Of a stretch of DNA of 64,000 bases, positions 57,101 to 64,000 are shown piece after piece. The stretch comes from Octopus vulgaris (Eukaryota): positions 94,612,001 to 94,676,000 of the forward strand of contig OX597818.1 in NCBI GenBank assembly GCA_951406725.2, read 5' to 3'. The notes under the pieces are model-generated. The model was not told the origin of the DNA, made no database searches, and saw only the letters and a list, made by a program, of their open reading frames with translations. A program made the position numbers and the translations under genes. Numbering within the stretch: position 1 is the stretch's first letter; the number at the start of each line of letters is the position of its first letter.

Positions 57101-60100
57101 GATGGTGCCTTCTCAACTTATCTTTCAACACAACCATGTGGAAACTGAATATCATTTTTTTGACTTCTAGTCTTTTCTTAACCCATTTAATAATTGTCTT
57201 TCCTCCAACCTGATAATACAATATGATTAATCTACTATGTTGTTGTAATGGCTTGGTAATCTATTTCTTCACTATGCACTGACATCTCTTGTCATGGAAG
57301 CCTATCTCATTTCATTCACTTCTTGTCTTTAACGTATTTAAAATGTAATTTCATTCTTCTGAATAGCATTAAATAGCTCTTTTATAGTCTCTTTCTGTTC
57401 ATATTTTCATTATAGTTGGATTAAGAAAAGGTTTATATATATGTTATCTGCACATACATACAGATGTGTGTGTGTGTACTTCTATAATTCTAGATTGATC
57501 AAAGCTTTGTGAGTGGATTTGGTAGATGGAAACTTAAAGTAGCTCATCATATGTATGTGTACGAATGTGTATCTGTCCTTTTAACATGATATTGTTCCAT
57601 AGGTGAAAATGCACATTGCCATCATACAACCAGTGTCCCTTGTTTCCAATCTGCCATGAAAACATGACAGGCAAGGAGGAGTATTACCTTGTTTGGAAAC
57701 AGGTGAAGCTGGCAACAGGAAGGGCATCCAACCATAGAAAATCATAAAGTGGATTTGAAAATGATAATGCTGGCATTAATATGTTGAGATGCTGATGATA
57801 TGCATACATGTGTATATGTGTATACATATATGTATATATGAATATGTATGTGTGTGTACATATATACTCTATGATGACATCATGACTATTTTTTGTATGA
57901 TCATTTGCTATTTGTTTTAAACTATTTAATAAAAGATTTAACTTATATCTTGGTATCTCTGAAAGCTAAACTATAGATGGTTAAAACTGTTTGAAGATAT
58001 GATGGTAAGCTGTATCTGTACAGCCTGTAACATTATGTCTTTAGTAAATCTAGTAACATCTCACTAATGCAACATGCCAAATGTCTGTTCCAAATGAAAA
58101 TATATTCCCTTTTCTCATATTTCAAATGGTTTTGACAGTGTTTATGGCCATGTCAGTTACTCAGCATGCCAGTCTCAATTATAACACTTCTCTGAAGACA
58201 TTTGCAGTATTGATTCTTGCAAATTCACTCATATTGCAAGAATTTCAGTTATTATAGTTGCTGGGAAATTGAATTTTAAATTTCATATTTCTACTTAAAA
58301 AGTTAAATTTCTTAATTATTTCCAAATGATGATCGATTTTTCTATAACTCTTCCAGTTACTGGAGAATTTATGTGAAGGAGAACATTTTCTGAAATTTTG
58401 CCTTAATATTTATAATTAAATGCTTTTGAACTCATTTCAATCGTATCATTGATATTCAGTGCTTGTTTTACAGCTTTTCACTTCTGATACAAATTATATT
58501 GTTCCTCTTATTCTAAAATCAAACAGAAGCTTGGGCTTCTGTTTGATTTTTCTCAGTTTGCTATATCATTCCATGATGAGTCTCACCTATTTCAAATCTC
58601 CAGTTCAAAAGCTTATTATAAGATCCCTGGAACCTACCTTATGTTGTTGGCATAATGAATACAAATATAACACTCAAATTATTCCAGAATATCTTATTTA
58701 GCTATTAACATATTCCAAGCAGTTCCAATTTCTATAAATCTTTTTGAATTTTAACAAATCCCTTCCCATTTTTTATGTTGTTGATGCTGGCTGACATCAC
58801 TAGTTTACTGGGTTTCTTCGTTTTTTTTACCTCTCACATATTTCTGTTATGTATTTCTCCGACTCACAAGTCTTCAACATCAGTAAAAATCTGCTTAAAA
58901 CATTACTTCACCTCAGACACAGCTTATTTCAAGTAACTGAGAAACATCAAAAATTTATATAATTTCTTATTTAGCATCATGGCATAGGATATGAAGAGTT
59001 GCAACTGGAAGACTTATATAGTACAGGAACTTGTCCAAAGGGAGATTTACATATGGGAGCAGAAAGTAAAAAACAGCAGAATATTTAGTGTGGGATTTGA
59101 AGGTCAGAATAAGTATGAGAAGTAAAGATGTGGGTTTCCTAGGTTGAAGTCAAGGCAGAATGTGGTGGTAGAACTAATGGTAAAATGGTACTGTACTCTG
59201 AGAAAGTGGGTTTATTGTAAGAAGAACATCATAGATTAGCAGTTCAAATATTTTGCGAATACAATCTTGGCCATCAAGTGATGAAAGGGTGTGGTGTACT
59301 GTGATTATATTTTGTAATATTTAAAGGAAACAAACAATATTTACATATGCATCTTGGAGAAGAAGGGCAGAATGAGTTGCTGGTGTGAGTTCTCACAATA
59401 TGGTCTATTTTCATGTTAAACAAAACAGCTTTAAGTTATCTGAAATATTTTCATTTAGATTCACCTGTCTCTATTCTCTAATTATTATCCACCTCATTTT
59501 TAATGTCTTTTCTTACTGGAATAAAACTAGATTGCTAAACCATTCCAAATTTTATCAACTATGGATAAGTCAGTGTGTGTATATATGCATGTGTTTGTGT
59601 GTTTGTGCATATGTGTTATTCATCCTTCATTGTTGTGGATGATGAAGTCTCAAAATTGACTAGTATATATATATATATATATCGTCATTGTGATCATGTT
59701 AAAGGATGACATATCTATCTATCTATCTGAGTGTGTGTGTGTGCATGTGTATTTTTGATGATATATATATTTGATGATGATGATATATATATATATAAAT
59801 CTCAATAATCATCACCATCAACATTTTACATTCACTTTCCATGCTCACGTGGGGTGGATGGATCTACAATGTTCAATGTACTGGAAGGCCATATCTTGCT
59901 CCGTTTCTAAGTTTTGGCATCTTTTCTGTGGCTAGTTGTCCTTCTTAACACCAACCACTTTATAGTGGGTCCTGGCTATTTTAAAACTCTTTTTGCACTA
60001 GCACTAGTGAAGTTGCCTTATAATTTGCTGGACAGGGAGATACGACAGGAGAGGGGGAGGTGACTTTAGACAAGGTGTTGAAAAGTTAAACTAGGATGGG

Positions 60101-61516
60101 AATAATAGTTTTATTGTTGTAAGACCATATTAGTGAAGGAAGTAATAAAAAAGAAAGGGAGAATATTAGTAAGGCAATCTGTGAGTCATAGGATGACTGA
60201 GAGAAGGGTCGAGTTGTAGGAGATTCAGGACTACCCAGCATTATATGTGAGTGGATGGTGTGATGCCTGAAAAGGAAATTTGGTGTGAATAGAAAAGAGT
60301 ATGGGTAGGAAGGATAGGTAAGTGTTGCAGTAGTGTGCACTGGGGCAGGCAGTGAATGATGGATAGAAATAGGAATGGAGGTGATCAGAGGTAAATAGGA
60401 TGTAAGGGTAAACAGGAGTAATGGGATAACTGATGATATGAATGATGGATGTCAATTGGAAGTGACATATGGGAGATCCAATGATGAATGGCAGTATAGA
60501 ATGGATTAGTTGAGCATGTATATATATACATGTGTGTGTGAGTATACATATTCATGCATACACATACACACACATTCACACACACATATATATATATACA
60601 TATATTTCTATATGTTGAGTTGTTTAAAATATAAAAAAATATATCCTTGATGTTTAAGAGCTCAGTTATTAGCATTGTTAAACTCCAATACAATGCCTTA
60701 AATATTGACGGAATAAAACTGCATGCATATACAGACTTGACTCAGCTAAAATGATAGTTGAGAGCAACATAAGTAGACTAGTAAGTAGCAGAAAAATCTC
60801 AATTTTATGTATGATTCATAATTTAGTCGTTTATGTCAGCCGTTTCAGTGGAGTAAAAAATGTCATTATTTATATAGTTACATAATTAAAACATTAATTA
60901 ATTTGAATGTGATGCATTCTCATTAGGAGAGAAAGAAGGAAAATAAACATATCACCCCCCCACACACACACACACCAAATACATTGTGGACTTTATTCTC
61001 CATATAACAATGTGCTAAATTGGAACAGGAACACAAGAAAAATATAAGAAAAAGAAACAGAAGTTATAAAAGAAGCAACTGTTGACCATAGTAGTAATAG
61101 TAACAGTAGAGGTATGAGCCAGGTAGTGTAAATGAAAGTCACCATCTAACAAAGGAATCTGAGTGTTTTTCTTTTATTGCAGTTGTTTTTTGGTGGTGGT
61201 TGTAGTTGTCATTATAGCAGCTGATGTTGCTCTCCAGAATCCGAATTATCCTTGTCGTAACCACTACTACTGTTTAGTCTTACTTGTAGTTGGTCTTCAA
61301 GCTATCTGTGTTTTTCTTTATTACTATAGTGAAAGATGTCAAGTAGAAGGTTAGTTTTTGTATTTTTTCAAGCTGATCAGTTTGTTGTAAGTTTATTATT
61401 TTCCCCCCCTTCAAGCCAATCTGTTTGTATAAAATGCAATAATTTTTCTTTTGTGTGTGTGTGTGCTGTGACTGTTTGTTGTCATTTCCCATCTTTTTAC
61501 CTCTTAATTTTGTATG

Positions 61517-61547
<31 letters not shown>

Positions 61548-61829
61548 CTATCTATATTTATAAGTATATTCCTTATATATCAGTATTAGCATATGCCAAA
61601 CTATCTACACTCAACTGAATGCAAACTAGTTCTATTCAGAATTCATACTTGGACTTAGTCACTTATAAGTATTTCTGTTCATTCATTTTCTATTATATCT
61701 ATTAATATAGACTTATGTATATGTGTGTGAATAACTTTTTACACAACTTCATGCACATATAAAGTATGCATTACTTTACACCCTAATGTACATTAAAAAT
61801 AGAAAACCATTACCCCTCTCTCTCTCAGT

Positions 61830-62180
61830 TGTTTGATTCCTAGCCACATGGTTCTGGGTTCAGTGTCGCTGCATGGTATCTTGGGCAAGTGTCTTCTACT
61901 ATAGCCTTGGGCCAACCAAAGCCTTGTGGGTGGATTTGGTAGGCAGAAACTGAAAGAAGCCCACCATATATATCGTGTGTGCGTGTATACACACACACAC
62001 ACACACACACAGTGTTTATTTCCCACCACCATTTGACAATTGTATTGCTTTGATTACAAACCTGTAAAATAGAGTTTTGACAAAAGACTGATAAAGTGCC
62101 AAGTTTCAAAATATAAGTACTGGGGTTATGGTACCCCAACATGGCCACAGTCCAATGACTGCAACATGTAAAAGATAGAA
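61830..62180 (+). mobile_element. SINE family B with internal (CA)n
   Basis: CCACATGGTTCTGGGTTCAGT..CTTGGGCAAGTGTCTTCTACTATAGCC..CCAAAGCCTTGTG; 3' part matches 22660-22860. Confidence 0.85.
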
Positions 62181-62499
62181 GATTAAGATATGTATATACA
62201 CACACATATGTAGATATATGTGTGGTTCACTTATACACACACTCACATACACAAGCCTCAGTGTACATTTCTAAATACATGAATGCATGTACATCCCTCT
62301 TGAGAGGTTTAATCACTAAGAGTGAAAAATGTCATAATAAGAATCAACCAGTCATAGAATATTTTACAAATTATCACACAGTAATTACCATAACCTGGAG
62401 CAAATAGAAGTGTGGTGTAGTGAAGATTGAGCATAGTAATGTTTACATTTCATAAGAAAGGTTTCAATTGAGTCTTTGGAAGACTATGTTTTTTGTAGT

Positions 62500-63900
62500 T
62501 TGTTAGACCTCTACAGGTATGTTAACAGTCTATAGTGACTGTAAGATTTCATTGTCATATGTATTTAGGATGCAATTCTCTTAAAGTTAGCATCTTAGTG
62601 TATCTATACTTTTGGTTGTACAAAGGTTACACTTTTTGTTATTCCTTGAATATGGGTATGCCTTAGTCAATATGTTCTTAGTTTTTTTTCAGTTCTCAGT
62701 TGTAATTTGGCTAACATTGTGTCCTTTCTTATAAATAGGTTTCAAAACATATGTTTTTGATGGAAATAATATAGCTTAAATGGATTAGGTCAAGCCTATT
62801 TATATATGCTTTGGATAATTGAGGAGTTTGTGTTGCAATCTGAAATATTTCCTAATTAATTTGAAGGAGATTTTGGATATTGTAGGGTGGCTACTACTTC
62901 TATTCTTATTTCTAATGCTGTTGTTAGACCACCAAGGTAGTTCTATGTAAACCCATATCTTGACAGGGTTACTTTATATTATTAGACTACATCTGTAAAC
63001 ATTTGCTTGTTTGTTTCAAAGCTTTACATGAGATATTTGCTAAGTTAATTATTGATGATATATTTTGTGTGTGATTGGTGTCTTTATGGATGTAACTTGG
63101 TGCTTCTTGTAGTTTTAGATATGAATGGTGATTTGAGTTTGTAAAATTAAATGTTAAATCTAGGTTTTTTCATAGTAGTACTTAATGCCTCTATTTGCAT
63201 GAGTAGCTGTGTCTGTTCAAGATAGGCCTGAACTACTATGACAGTAATTGTGTTATTCCAAGGTATAACATGGGCTACATCATTCACACTTGGGATGCTG
63301 TTTGTCTAAAATATGTTTACTAATCTTTCCTAGGTCTGTGTTCATCAGGTTGATAAGTTTGACGGTATGATGTCAAAGTCTAGTTCATGATGCTTATAAC
63401 AAAATATAATGTAGCACCGTCTTGCTATAATGTTTTTTTTTCTTTTACATTGTTCTTCCAAGATGTCATCAAGTTTAAAGATAAATTATGATTTGCTACA
63501 TTATCCTGTGTAATGCATAATTCATAGATCATAAAGAACTGTAAGGATCCAAGTTTTTGGTCTACTCTAGATATTTATTTTTATTTTTCGGCTCCTTGGC
63601 TTCAATCATTGGCTTGTGACAATGTTGGGTCACAGCATTCAGAGTTATTTTAATTAACCCCCATCCAGTAACCCAGTAATTAAGTATAAGTACACTACTG
63701 ATAATCCAGTACCTCTTTTAATTTACACAATCATGTGAGGACATTTAAGCTTCCTTTGACTATTATTAACTTTTGCATTACCAAGCCCTCGTGATACACA
63801 TTTGTTAATTAGTAACATATAAAGAAGGTGGAAACACTTTTCTGGTACCCATCTATAAAGAGGTAAATGTTTAAAACAAAATTTAATCCCACATACTAAT
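62500..63900 (-). mobile_element. Possible decayed Penelope-like RT region
   Basis: Weak minus-strand remnants SHPTISK...AYINRL (~62780-62895) and DFDI (~63375). No ORF. Confidence 0.3.
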
Positions 63901-64000
63901 CTACTAAGGAAACTCTTTTTCTGAAGAGCAAATTAATAAATATCCTGCTTTCACTACAATCTCCCAGTTTGAAAAAGGGATAAGTAAATACATATTCTTC

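Overview
AT-rich, microsatellite- and transposon-dense eukaryotic DNA. The SINE families and composition suggest a coleoid cephalopod, probably Octopus (inference). The window covers part of the kinase domain of a + strand CaMKII gene with very long introns. Four short exons are visible: 2435-2500 (66 nt, [22 protein letters not shown]), two homologous 73-nt exons at 25897-25969 and 42465-42537 (helix E plus the HRDLK catalytic loop), and 51896-51998 (103 nt, PENLLL...DFG...WF). The two 73-nt exons have the same size and phase, so exactly one must be spliced in: a mutually exclusive exon pair in the catalytic core. The main finding is intronic. About 120 nt just downstream of the first copy (26023-26140) are colinearly complementary to the sequence just upstream of the second copy (42229-42423), 16 kb away. 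Shorter candidate pairings link these regions to the flanking constitutive exons. Together they suggest a long-range RNA-structure switch, possibly ADAR-edited, that controls CaMKII catalytic-exon choice. The rest is SINEs, decayed LINEs (CR1/L2-, RTE- and R4-like), DNA transposon relics and MITEs, and simple repeats. Most supplied ORFs are spurious.
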